This document shows positions 40,067 to 49,408 of a stretch of DNA of 64,000 nt, piece by piece. A program made the position numbers and the translations under genes. The notes beneath the pieces were generated by a model. It was not told the DNA's origin. It saw nothing but the letters and a program-made list of their open reading frames with translations, and did no database searches. This DNA is from an uncultured bacterium (GTDB lineage Bacteria; Babelota; Babeliae; Babelales; Babelaceae): positions 1,280,001 through 1,344,000 of the forward strand of contig CAWFXL010000001.1 in NCBI GenBank assembly GCA_963819815.1, written 5' to 3'. Positions within the stretch are counted from its first letter, which is position 1. Each line of letters starts with the position of its first letter.

Positions 40067-41512
40067 ATGAAGAGATATTATGGCCTACTCTATATCGGTC
40101 TCAGCTTAACTAGCTGTATTACCAAGTGTGATAAGGAATTGATCCTTAGACAGGCAAAAAAGAATCATCTTGTTGATTATGGGTATGCATCACAGTTAAG
40201 CAAGGGTGATATTGGCGAGCTTTTCCTAGCACAGGATTCTAAGGACTCTCGACGTATTCAGATCAAATCAGTGAACCAAATGGTTGTGGGAGATGATACT
40301 GAGCTACGGGGGGCTAGTTGTGGCTATCATGCCTTCCGCAATGGGGCCCTAACTGCCCAAGGACTTATTAACAAAGATGGAAAACGTGCAGTCCTCAAAT
40401 CACTTTCTTCGCAGAGTCATGCAAATGAGCTTTTTGGAACAAAATTGGCCCCTTGGCGTCTTGAAATTGGTAAGATTCGCAATGAATCAACAGCGCGTAG
40501 AGTTGGTCGAGAAATGATTTTCAGCTCCCTTGCATTATCTAAAGAGGGTGCGGATGCAGATTTTGATCTATTTATGGAATGTACTGGAAGCATTACGCTT
40601 CCTACGTTTGAGCATCCTGAAATCTGGGAAGATGGATTTCATTACAAGGCAACAAAAAAGGAAATCTACGCGGCGATTATTGAGAGGTGTAATAAGCTTG
40701 CTGTACAGGGTAACAGGCAGTTAAAAGATAAAGTTAAGACTTTTACGAATCGCGCGACGCTTGATGCATACTTTAAGGGAGATCTGAAGATAGATTTTAA
40801 GATAGATTTTGAAGGACGATGTTATCGGATGGATTCTCCTGATACTGTGATCGCAAGAGTTTCTCAAGAAAAAAATGGAAGTTGGGTGCAGACTGATGAG
40901 ATGCAAAAGCTTGTGAAAGCTCAGCGCGGTAATGGCATTCTTGCGAATGAGCCTACGCTTTTAGTTGCTACGTATGGTGAATATCATGGTGGTTGTAATG
41001 AGCATGCAGTTGCTTCTGAAGAATTAGTACAGCTCTATTCTTTGATTCGCAAAACAAAACAAGATTGTATAGGGGTTGTACTCGTTTATCTTCCGGGTGG
41101 AAGTAGATCTACAAGACCAACTAACACGTTTATAGGAAGAATGTACTCCTATGTTGGCTCATTTTTTGAGCATGCAAAAAAAATCCAATCGGGGCAAGAC
41201 AATGGCCATTGGATAACTCTTGTGGTGAGCAGAGTTAAGGGCAATGTTCGTTATTATGTTCTTGACTCATTGGGTAATTCAAACCGACTTCGCAGTGAGC
41301 GAATAAATGAAATTATCGACGCATTTGATGGGAAGAAAAACTTACCAGGATATGACTGGACCGTTGATCAAATCTCACAGCAATACAAAGGTAAGGTGAA
41401 GTCACAAAGTAATGCAGGATATAGCTGGACGAAAATTGGTCTGGGGTTGGTTGCTGCAGGTCTCGTCTCTTATGGAGCATATGCACTCTATACTCATCAA
41501 AAAAAGAAATAG
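40067..41512 (+). CDS. Putative papain-fold cysteine protease (Josephin/DUB-like) with C-terminal TM
   Basis: Q..SCGYHAFRN, GHWITL, YYVLDSL. Confidence 0.6.
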   Translation: MKRYYGLLYIGLSLTSCITKCDKELILRQAKKNHLVDYGYASQLSKGDIGELFLAQDSKDSRRIQIKSVNQMVVGDDTELRGASCGYHAFRNGALTAQGLINKDGKRAVLKSLSSQSHANELFGTKLAPWRLEIGKIRNESTARRVGREMIFSSLALSKEGADADFDLFMECTGSITLPTFEHPEIWEDGFHYKATKKEIYAAIIERCNKLAVQGNRQLKDKVKTFTNRATLDAYFKGDLKIDFKIDFEGRCYRMDSPDTVIARVSQEKNGSWVQTDEMQKLVKAQRGNGILANEPTLLVATYGEYHGGCNEHAVASEELVQLYSLIRKTKQDCIGVVLVYLPGGSRSTRPTNTFIGRMYSYVGSFFEHAKKIQSGQDNGHWITLVVSRVKGNVRYYVLDSLGNSNRLRSERINEIIDAFDGKKNLPGYDWTVDQISQQYKGKVKSQSNAGYSWTKIGLGLVAAGLVSYGAYALYTHQKKK

Positions 41513-41545
41513 AATCCCTTAAAAGCTTTTTGTGAGAGATTACTG

Positions 41546-41587
41546 AAGAAGAGCCACCTGTTTCATGAGGAACATGTGGCTCTTCTT
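41546..41587 (+). terminator. Intrinsic terminator
   Basis: aagaagagccac...gtggctcttctt. Confidence 0.65.
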
Positions 41588-41673
41588 AATTTAGGCAAAA
41601 ACAGAAAGAACTTGTATTGCTTATAATATTATATATACTCCCGTATATTTTCTAGGAAGGAATTGAGGGAGAT

Positions 41674-42993
41674 ATGATATACGTAAGGCTCTTTGGTATT
41701 GTGATCGTATTAAGCATAGGATCAAGCTTATGTGCGATGCAAAAAACTTTGAAAGACTTGGCACTAGAGGCTATTCTGCATGATAATACGGGCGGTCTCG
41801 CTTTAGCAGTTGAGGAAAAAGAAAATGGAGTATACAATCATCCTTTTGAGATACGGCAACTGGTAAAGCTCAGGCATCTTAATGAAAACTTAACAGGTTT
41901 TTGGCAAACTATTCCCACAGCAATTCCTTTGTTTAAACGAACGGACAGGCATATATTAAGAGGACTTTCATTTTTGGGCACCTCAAAGTATGCCATGTCA
42001 GCCACAAAAAAAGGTTTGCTGCACGTATGGGATACTGAAGAGATAAAGTACGACGATGGCGGCAAAGCGGTTCCGGTAGCTGTTCACAGGACAGGTCATG
42101 ATGAATTATCGTCAATGGCGGTAAGCGTTGATGGAAAGTACTTTGCAACGGTGAGCGGTTCCCAAGTAGACCTGTGGATGGTAGGCATGTCGATTGCGCT
42201 ACCCTTTGGTTTGAGAGGGTCATGTAAGCACCCAAGAAGAATCTGTATGGTGTCATTTAATGGGCCGGATGCTGCTATGGTCACGGGAGATATCGAAGGG
42301 TACATGTATATTTGGAATCCTAACGATTTTGAAAATCCCGAGAAGGTTATTGAACCATATATTCGCTTTAATGGTCCTGATTGTGACTCATTTAAGAGAG
42401 TTCTTGCCTTACGCCTCTGTTCAGATGGGAAAACTTTCTTATCTGCTGGCTATACTCCCGTCGGTGACTGTATGCTACCTGTGATAAGAATCTCAGAACG
42501 AGCTACTGGAATGTGTACAAAGGAAATAGTGCTTGATTGTAAGACGATTATAGGTAAGGTTTCATTTATAGATGATACTCATGCTCTTACAAGTTTTACC
42601 AGTGGGGACCTTCTAATGACCGATATAGCTCTTGGAACCACCCGAACAGTTCATTTTGAAGATCTCTCTCTTGAAACAAGTGTTTTTAGTGACGATGGGC
42701 GTCATTTATTAACTGTAGGTAAGGATCATAGGGCGATACTTTGGCAATGGGGGAAAGATTATACATATGAGAAGATCAAAGAGTTTAAAGGTGATGGACT
42801 GATAATGAATCATTGTGCATTCAGAGCGGATGGAAATGTTTTCCTCGTGGGAAGTAGTATTGGTGCTCTTGATATGTGGTCAGTAACACAAGAATATAAT
42901 CGGTTGACTTTGGAAATGGCACAGTGCCTTACAAACATTACCAATTTGGTCACCCATCTGAAGGCCTATCAAAAGGTTAGTTTGAACGGATAA
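41674..42993 (+). CDS. WD40-repeat protein with signal peptide
   Basis: LHVWD, VFSDDGRHLLTVGKDHRAILW and similar repeats. Confidence 0.82.
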   Translation: MIYVRLFGIVIVLSIGSSLCAMQKTLKDLALEAILHDNTGGLALAVEEKENGVYNHPFEIRQLVKLRHLNENLTGFWQTIPTAIPLFKRTDRHILRGLSFLGTSKYAMSATKKGLLHVWDTEEIKYDDGGKAVPVAVHRTGHDELSSMAVSVDGKYFATVSGSQVDLWMVGMSIALPFGLRGSCKHPRRICMVSFNGPDAAMVTGDIEGYMYIWNPNDFENPEKVIEPYIRFNGPDCDSFKRVLALRLCSDGKTFLSAGYTPVGDCMLPVIRISERATGMCTKEIVLDCKTIIGKVSFIDDTHALTSFTSGDLLMTDIALGTTRTVHFEDLSLETSVFSDDGRHLLTVGKDHRAILWQWGKDYTYEKIKEFKGDGLIMNHCAFRADGNVFLVGSSIGALDMWSVTQEYNRLTLEMAQCLTNITNLVTHLKAYQKVSLNG

Positions 42994-43252
42994 AAAGAAA
43001 TTTAAAAAAATATTATTAAATTATTGACAAAAGTGGTCTGATTTGGGTAGGCTAGTAGTAGATGGTGGCAAAAGAGCTGCCTTAAAAATAGCTGTGGTGT
43101 GTAGGCTTTCCGGAGGTACTATTGTTTTTTCGGTTAAACAAAAGCAAACGCATTACAGCTTTTTGGTATCATATATTTTGGTTGAGTTCTTGAGAGGACT
43201 CGACTGATATTTTTTTAACAGCATGCCGATAGTGGTGTGCAAGGAGAATCGT

Positions 43253-43459
43253 ATGAAGAAGATGCTATGTATGGTTGCTGGGTTACTTACCGTAATTGGG
43301 GCGATCAATTGGGGTCTTGTAGGTCTTTTTGATGTTAACCTTGTCCAAAAGTTAGTTGGAACAATGCCTCAGGTCGAAAAAATTATCTATATCCTTATAG
43401 GGATAGCAGGTCTTGTGTCTGGTGCATTCTTGTTTCAAGATCATGGTCACAAAGACTAA
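43253..43459 (+). CDS. DUF378 membrane protein
   Basis: IGAINWGLVGLF..IYILIGIAG. Confidence 0.9.
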   Translation: MKKMLCMVAGLLTVIGAINWGLVGLFDVNLVQKLVGTMPQVEKIIYILIGIAGLVSGAFLFQDHGHKD

Positions 43460-43485
43460 TTCAGCAGCTCACTAATAATGAATAG

Positions 43486-43510
43486 AGCCCGCTCATTGCG
43501 GGCTTTCTTC
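43486..43510 (+). terminator. Intrinsic terminator
   Basis: agcccgc-tcatt-gcgggct followed by ttctt. Confidence 0.75.
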
Positions 43511-43573
43511 ATTTCTAATAATTCTTGCATTTCATCTTAAAAAAGCCTTACCCTAGATAATAGGGGAGGAATT

Positions 43574-44473
43574 ATGAGGCATACGATTGCGATAATCGGT
43601 GTTGGTGCAGTTGGCTCTGCAGTGGCGAATGCGATTATCGGTCTTAATATTTCAGCAGATCTTATTTTACTCGATAAAGATGAAGTCCGGTGCGCAGGGG
43701 AGGTTCGTGATCTTTCTGATTCGCTCGGTTTTTCATTAACGTCGCGTGTTATTCAGGGAACGTATGATGAGATCAAGAAGGCCCATATCGTTATTATGTG
43801 TGCGGGTAGGCCTCAAAAACCTGGCGAAAGCCGGCTTGCGCTTCTTGAAACCAATAAAGGCATTCTCGATGATGTGCTTGGAAAGCTTGCTGGGTTACGC
43901 AAGGATGCTGTTGTTATTATGGTAGCAAATCCGTTGGATGTTTTGACGTTTTGCACGCTCAAACAGCTTGATATACCTCGTAAACAGGTTTTTGGGACTG
44001 GTACATATGTAGATTCTCAGCGACTTAAACAATTATTAGGTTCTGAGCTCTCGATTTCAGAAAGGTCTATTGAGGCCTTTGTCCTTGGTGAACATGGAGA
44101 TTCGCAGGTTGTTGCCTGGTCAGCTACACGTATAGCAGGGAATCCAGTAGAGCAATTTGGGATTACTCCATTACGACAGATAGAACTTGGAAATCGAGTG
44201 AAACAGATAGCGTATGAAATTATCGATGCTAAAGGAGCAGCAGTTTTTGGCATTGCAGCGACAGTTGCCCGTTTGTGTGAAATGATATTGTATAATACGC
44301 GCCAAATAGTGCCTGTTTCATGGTATCATGAAGAATTTGGGGTATGTATGAGCTTGCCCATGCTCCTTACGGAGAAAGGGATTGAAAAAACAACTCAGTT
44401 TGCTTTTACAAAAAAAGAGCTTGAAGAGCTTGAAAAATCTGCTGAGATCTTACGTGCCTACCAGAAAATCTAA
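43574..44473 (+). CDS. ldh: L-lactate/malate dehydrogenase family
   Basis: GVGAVG, QKPGESRL, ANPLD, GEHGDS. Confidence 0.9.
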   Translation: MRHTIAIIGVGAVGSAVANAIIGLNISADLILLDKDEVRCAGEVRDLSDSLGFSLTSRVIQGTYDEIKKAHIVIMCAGRPQKPGESRLALLETNKGILDDVLGKLAGLRKDAVVIMVANPLDVLTFCTLKQLDIPRKQVFGTGTYVDSQRLKQLLGSELSISERSIEAFVLGEHGDSQVVAWSATRIAGNPVEQFGITPLRQIELGNRVKQIAYEIIDAKGAAVFGIAATVARLCEMILYNTRQIVPVSWYHEEFGVCMSLPMLLTEKGIEKTTQFAFTKKELEELEKSAEILRAYQKI

Positions 44474-44548
44474 TGCTAAATTAATTGTATACACGTAATC
44501 TCCAACTCTCTTGTTAAAGAAGACATGAAATGTGCACTATTATTCTTT

Positions 44549-45520
44549 TCAATGATTTACCCCACATTTCTTAAGAAAATCAAGGATATCGCGCCGAATT
44601 GTTTGCCAAAATGTTTCAAGCTCTGCATCAGTGCCTTGGAAGTAGGGATCTGCAAGGGATGGGTCTGAGCGCAATACCCATGAATGATCCATAAAGCTTA
44701 TATGACGAGAACCAGCATATACCTTTACCGTATGACCACTCTTTGTTAATTGATCGAGCGTTCCCATTTCTTTTTGGTACGCTGTTCTCTCTTCAGATAG
44801 GCATAGTAACAAGGGAAAGTTCATATGACACGGATAATCAAACTCGCCGTCAATAAAAACAATACACTCTTTCACCTGCTCAGTAGGAGCGCTGTGTGGA
44901 AGTAGATAGGTTGCCTCGGGTCTAAACACGCCCGATAGCCTCTGAGAAAGCATCAGTAATGCGTTACCACCCATGGAATGGCCTATAAGGCCAATCTTGT
45001 TGCATGTTATTTTGTTTTCAAAGAGGGTGCTTTGGTGGTGTTCTATCCAATTGAAAATAAAGAGGAGATTATCTATAATTCGCGCATGTTTAGAGAAAGA
45101 TCTTCCTCTAAGGAATGCTGGTATCTTAGTATCGGTATCGAGTTGATGTTGTGGTGAGACAACTATATATCCATGGGATGCTAACTCTTCAGCTATCATT
45201 GCATAATCGGTTGCGGCGACAAAATTGCCATGATTAAGGAAAATAAGTGGATGCTTGCCGGGTGCTAGCTCTGAAAGGGGCGATGGCTTACTGTATCCCT
45301 GAACTACTAAAGGAGGAAATTTCTTGGGGGCACGCGGTTCTAATACTTTGTTCTGAGGGATATGCTCTCCTTGTGCAGTTGGAAAGTATATATGCAGAGG
45401 GATAGGTCGGCCCTGAGGGTAAGGAGCTTCACATCTTGTAGTATCAAATAGCTCAATGCGGTATAAGCCGACTGTGTTGCTACCGGTAGGTTGTAATAAG
45501 GTCAATCTATCTGTTTTCAT
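44549..45520 (-). CDS. Alpha/beta hydrolase (PAF-acetylhydrolase-like)
   Basis: HG, ELASHGYIVV, GHSMGG, HISFMD. Confidence 0.82.
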   Translation of the reverse strand: MKTDRLTLLQPTGSNTVGLYRIELFDTTRCEAPYPQGRPIPLHIYFPTAQGEHIPQNKVLEPRAPKKFPPLVVQGYSKPSPLSELAPGKHPLIFLNHGNFVAATDYAMIAEELASHGYIVVSPQHQLDTDTKIPAFLRGRSFSKHARIIDNLLFIFNWIEHHQSTLFENKITCNKIGLIGHSMGGNALLMLSQRLSGVFRPEATYLLPHSAPTEQVKECIVFIDGEFDYPCHMNFPLLLCLSEERTAYQKEMGTLDQLTKSGHTVKVYAGSRHISFMDHSWVLRSDPSLADPYFQGTDAELETFWQTIRRDILDFLKKCGVNH

Positions 45521-45584
45521 AGCCTACTTCCCTGTGCATAGAGGGTTTCCTTGGCATGTGTATTGGTTCGGCTCATGCTAACTA

Positions 45585-46214
45585 TCAAGAGCCAAACTTA
45601 GCCTTCATCTTTGAGTATTTAATCGGGCTATCCATACTAGTAGCTCCACCACATTCCTGGTCTTGGACGGTATGAGAAATAATCTTAAACTGATGCTTAC
45701 TTAGTAGATCTCGGTAGCTCTGTGCGCTCAGTGATGCATGGTAGAGCTTTTCGCCACCACTCTCTCCCCACATCTCATCCTCTTGATGGCCAGAGGTAAA
45801 CATCAAGATGCCCTGTGGACTAAGATGCTCGGCAAAAACTCGAAACATGCTTTTTTGATAATCCTGGCTTACATGAAATAAACTATGCCAGACGATAATG
45901 CCATCAAAGGTCTCACCAAGAGCGAGACTTCGCATGTCTGCATGTATGAATCTGCTTTCAGGAAGCCTTTCGCGTGCAAGTGCAATGAGCTTCTGACTGC
46001 CTTCAACTCCAGTTACCTGAAGTCCGCGACTAATTAAGTATTGTGTAATGGGCTCACCCATGCCACAGCCTACATCAAGAATATGAGCGCCAGGTTTTAA
46101 GAGGGAAATGAATTTGTCAAGATAGGGCTTCTCAAAAAGTTCTCGAGATCGATGTTCATCAAACCAGTCAGCGATCTTATCGTATGTTTTAAAGACATCA
46201 TTTTTGTTTGCCAT
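45585..46214 (-). CDS. Class I SAM-dependent methyltransferase (possible C-terminal frameshift)
   Basis: ILDVGCGMG, ADMR, WHSLFH, LYHASL. Confidence 0.88.
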   Translation of the reverse strand: MANKNDVFKTYDKIADWFDEHRSRELFEKPYLDKFISLLKPGAHILDVGCGMGEPITQYLISRGLQVTGVEGSQKLIALARERLPESRFIHADMRSLALGETFDGIIVWHSLFHVSQDYQKSMFRVFAEHLSPQGILMFTSGHQEDEMWGESGGEKLYHASLSAQSYRDLLSKHQFKIISHTVQDQECGGATSMDSPIKYSKMKAKFGS

Positions 46215-46262
46215 AGGTACCACCTTGCGATAATTTTTAGATTCTTGAGTAAGCTTAGCCGA

Positions 46263-46754
46263 TCATCTATTTCTTCCGATATACCATCGGTAGAGGTAAC
46301 TGCTTGCTACTCCCAAGAAATACCCAGAAAACAATACGGTTACAGGAGCTTCGAAAAAGATATACGAGTAAGCCAAATCAGGATGGGTTGCCTTAAGGTA
46401 CCCAAAAGCATACTTTATGCAAAAGAAGAGCATCAAGGTGATAAAGGTAGTGTACGTTCCGGCAATCTCGATAGATCGGTGGTTAATCACTTTTATAGGA
46501 ATTCTCTGAGTTAAGAAATAACCCACAATGCATCCGCAGATCAAAGATATAAACGTAAGCACTACAGAGGTATCTGATAGATTCAATCGATAGAGTAACC
46601 CAAAAATAAGAACCGGTGTAATAAGCAATCTCGGTACATATACCACACGCTTGTGCATGGCCAGAATACCAATAATGAGAAGATAGCAAAGCACCACCCA
46701 GACCCATACTGGAGTACCTTGAAATGCTGAAAGAACAGATTGAATTGGACTCAT
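46263..46754 (-). CDS. Hypothetical multi-TM membrane protein
   Basis: TPVWVW start and about 5 hydrophobic segments. Confidence 0.75.
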   Translation of the reverse strand: MSPIQSVLSAFQGTPVWVWVVLCYLLIIGILAMHKRVVYVPRLLITPVLIFGLLYRLNLSDTSVVLTFISLICGCIVGYFLTQRIPIKVINHRSIEIAGTYTTFITLMLFFCIKYAFGYLKATHPDLAYSYIFFEAPVTVLFSGYFLGVASSYLYRWYIGRNR

Positions 46755-46935
46755 ACGTTACCTTACCTGTATAGGTATCCTTCTTAAATGCCGTCACCTA
46801 AGTATAGCATAAGCAGAAAGGCTCGTCATGGTCTTTCCTGCTTTACACTTTGGCATGCTGGCCTATACTTTGCAAGTAACAAGGTCTTTGTTGTACATGA
46901 GGATTAATTTTTCTGCAACGTGAGCTGGAGTATTT

Positions 46936-47502
46936 ATGGATGAGCCTTTATACGATATAAGCCGAGTAAATCCTCGGATTATTCTTGATATTAAATACGC
47001 AACAGCGGATAATTTTGTCGGAAAGCCAGTCTACACATGTGCTAAGGCATATCTCAGAAAGTCCGTTGCCCTGAAGCTTGACCATGTGCAACAGAAGCTT
47101 GAAAAAAAAGGTTTAGGCCTCAAAATCTGGGATGCATATCGGCCGTTTTACGTACAGCAGCTTTTGTGGGATATTGTTCCCGATGAACGCTATGTTGCGG
47201 ATCCTAAGAAAGGATCGGTTCATAATCGAGGTGCTGCTGTTGACTTGACGCTGGTAGATGCTCAAGGGTGTGAGCTTGCTATGCCGACTGCTTTTGATGA
47301 TTTTACTAAAAAAGCTCATCATGATTACGAAGATCTCCCTCAGGAAGTACTTGCTAACCGCAAACTCCTTATTGCTGTCATGGTAGCTGAAGGATTTACT
47401 CCGCTAGCAACTGAGTGGTGGCACTATAACGATAGCGCCGCTGAGGCCTATCCTCTTTCATCTACAACTTTTGAGGAGCTTGCTGCTCAAGACCCTTCTT
47501 AA
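46936..47502 (+). CDS. ddpX: D-Ala-D-Ala dipeptidase (VanX/M15D)
   Basis: DAYRP, SVHNRGAAVD, EWWH. Confidence 0.93.
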   Translation: MDEPLYDISRVNPRIILDIKYATADNFVGKPVYTCAKAYLRKSVALKLDHVQQKLEKKGLGLKIWDAYRPFYVQQLLWDIVPDERYVADPKKGSVHNRGAAVDLTLVDAQGCELAMPTAFDDFTKKAHHDYEDLPQEVLANRKLLIAVMVAEGFTPLATEWWHYNDSAAEAYPLSSTTFEELAAQDPS

Positions 47503-48904
47503 CTTGGTCTGAAAGGCTGGCAAGATTCGATTCCCCTTCAATTCGGGATACTTCTTTACCATTTTTTATGAGTAAGAATGCGGGAATAAGATTAATATCA
47601 TAGAGCTCAATAAGGCTATAGAGCTTATCTTTGTCGATTTTGTAGACATTAAGAGCTTCCTTATAGTTCTCTGTTATCGTGGTAAGAGGACCTTCCATTT
47701 TCCTGCAGGAGGGGCATCCGGGTGCATAAAATTCAAGAAGCACCGGCTTTGGTTCCATAAGTACCCGCCCAAATTCGCTTAGGGTAGTGATATACTTAAT
47801 AGACGGATGAGGTATGACCGGAGGGGTATAGGTATTTGAAGAAAGCAATGGACGCAACGTGCTATCAAAACCCCATTTTGAAAGCCAGGAAAGGGCATCC
47901 ATACCAGCTTTAGTACCATCGCCAGCAATTGTAGCAATCTGGCGATACGTTGGGTCAGAGACTGTTCCTGCTGCCATGATACCTTCTAGGGCAGTGTTTT
48001 GACTACGTGAGCACTCTTTAAGGGTTACGCATCCATCTTTGGTAATATCTATCTTACCTTTGAAAAGCTCAATATTTGGCGTAAGTCCTGTTGACAAGAA
48101 GATGCAGCTCGTCGGGAACGGGCTTGTTTCATGAGTAACTGTATCATAGAGCATAATATGAGTTATTCCTTTTTCATCTCCTACTATTTCTTTCACTTCT
48201 TTATTATAGAGTAGCGATATAGCTTCGAGTCCTTTGATCTTTTCTTGCATGCTTTCATGTGCGGTCATACGTGGACCAGGTACGATGAGTGTACTATGAC
48301 GTGCTTCAGGTAAGAGCTGCAGAGCACGTTGAATTGCTATGTCTCCCCCTCCAATAATCACCGCATCCTTGCCACGCGCATATGAGCCATCGCATAGTCC
48401 GCAAGAGAAAAGCCCTTTACCCCAATAGGTCTGTTCTCCCTCAATACCAAGCATTGCTTGAGTTGAGCCAGTGGCTATTATAACGGTTAATGCATAGACA
48501 TGGGTGCCATTGTTAAGAGTGAGTTTGTATGGCCATGAGGTTACATCGAGATCGTCAACCATGAGAGGGACTATCAGCGTGCCAAATTCACGTGCTTGAT
48601 GTTCTAATTTCTCCATGGCTGCTGCTCCACTGAGTTTTTCAAGGCCAGGCCAGTTTTCAACTACTTGGGCTTCGGCTAATTCGCCTCCAGGTTTCGGCCC
48701 TTGGAATACTACAGGTTGATATCCTGATCGTGCAGGGGGTAGAGCGGCAGCTAGTCCTGTTGGACCTCCACCAATAATAGCCACAGCAACTAGAGGAATC
48801 TTATGTGAGATCGAGGCAGGGATCTCTGACGAATCAATAGGCGCAAAAAGGGTCGAATATCCAAGGAATGAGACTAAGATTAACTTTCCTAGTGAAGACT
48901 TCAT
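47462..48904 (-). CDS. trxB: Thioredoxin reductase-thioredoxin fusion
   Basis: GGGPTG, IIATG, CGLCDG, GGGD; C-terminal thioredoxin domain with CPSC. Confidence 0.85.
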   Translation of the reverse strand: MKSSLGKLILVSFLGYSTLFAPIDSSEIPASISHKIPLVAVAIIGGGPTGLAAALPPARSGYQPVVFQGPKPGGELAEAQVVENWPGLEKLSGAAAMEKLEHQAREFGTLIVPLMVDDLDVTSWPYKLTLNNGTHVYALTVIIATGSTQAMLGIEGEQTYWGKGLFSCGLCDGSYARGKDAVIIGGGDIAIQRALQLLPEARHSTLIVPGPRMTAHESMQEKIKGLEAISLLYNKEVKEIVGDEKGITHIMLYDTVTHETSPFPTSCIFLSTGLTPNIELFKGKIDITKDGCVTLKECSRSQNTALEGIMAAGTVSDPTYRQIATIAGDGTKAGMDALSWLSKWGFDSTLRPLLSSNTYTPPVIPHPSIKYITTLSEFGRVLMEPKPVLLEFYAPGCPSCRKMEGPLTTITENYKEALNVYKIDKDKLYSLIELYDINLIPAFLLIKNGKEVSRIEGESNLASLSDQVKKGLEQQAPQKL

Positions 48905-48913
48905 GATGCCACC

Positions 48914-49228
48914 TTATTGTATCGTTTTACATAAAGCATGTAATGATTTTTCCATCACGGGAATACTTTTTTCTAGTTCTGCAATCTCTTTCTTCAGTTC
49001 AGAAATTCGCTCCGGTCGAGAATGAAGTGATTTCTGCTCATACTCAGGAGTATTGCGATTTTCTTCAAGTAATATGAGCTCTTCCTTGGTCTTACGTAGA
49101 TGTGCTTGAGTCATTTCAAGTCTTTTCTGCGCAAATGCACATTTAGTACTTGGACTCAGATTCATGTGATCTGCGTGGACCAGGTGTGCTAGAGAGAATA
49201 TGCCTATAAGCATGACTAGTTTCTTCAT
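48914..49228 (-). CDS. Hypothetical secreted coiled-coil protein
   Basis: Signal peptide ending VHA. Confidence 0.65.
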   Translation of the reverse strand: MKKLVMLIGIFSLAHLVHADHMNLSPSTKCAFAQKRLEMTQAHLRKTKEELILLEENRNTPEYEQKSLHSRPERISELKKEIAELEKSIPVMEKSLHALCKTIQ

Positions 49229-49408
49229 CAGATATACCCTTTTTTTATATTGGCTTGCCTTAATCTTATCTTAGCAAATAGCACATGATAAATTCAATAG
49301 TTTTTCAGATTGGCATTAATGCGTAAATAAGTGAGATCTTGTGGGCATTATCTGATGGTATATACTAGACTTATAACATGCATGAACATTATTCCTCGGA
49401 GGGGTCAT

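Noticed and set aside
46936..47502. Vancomycin resistance cluster
   Set aside because: Lone VanX-family gene with no vanH/A/R/S.
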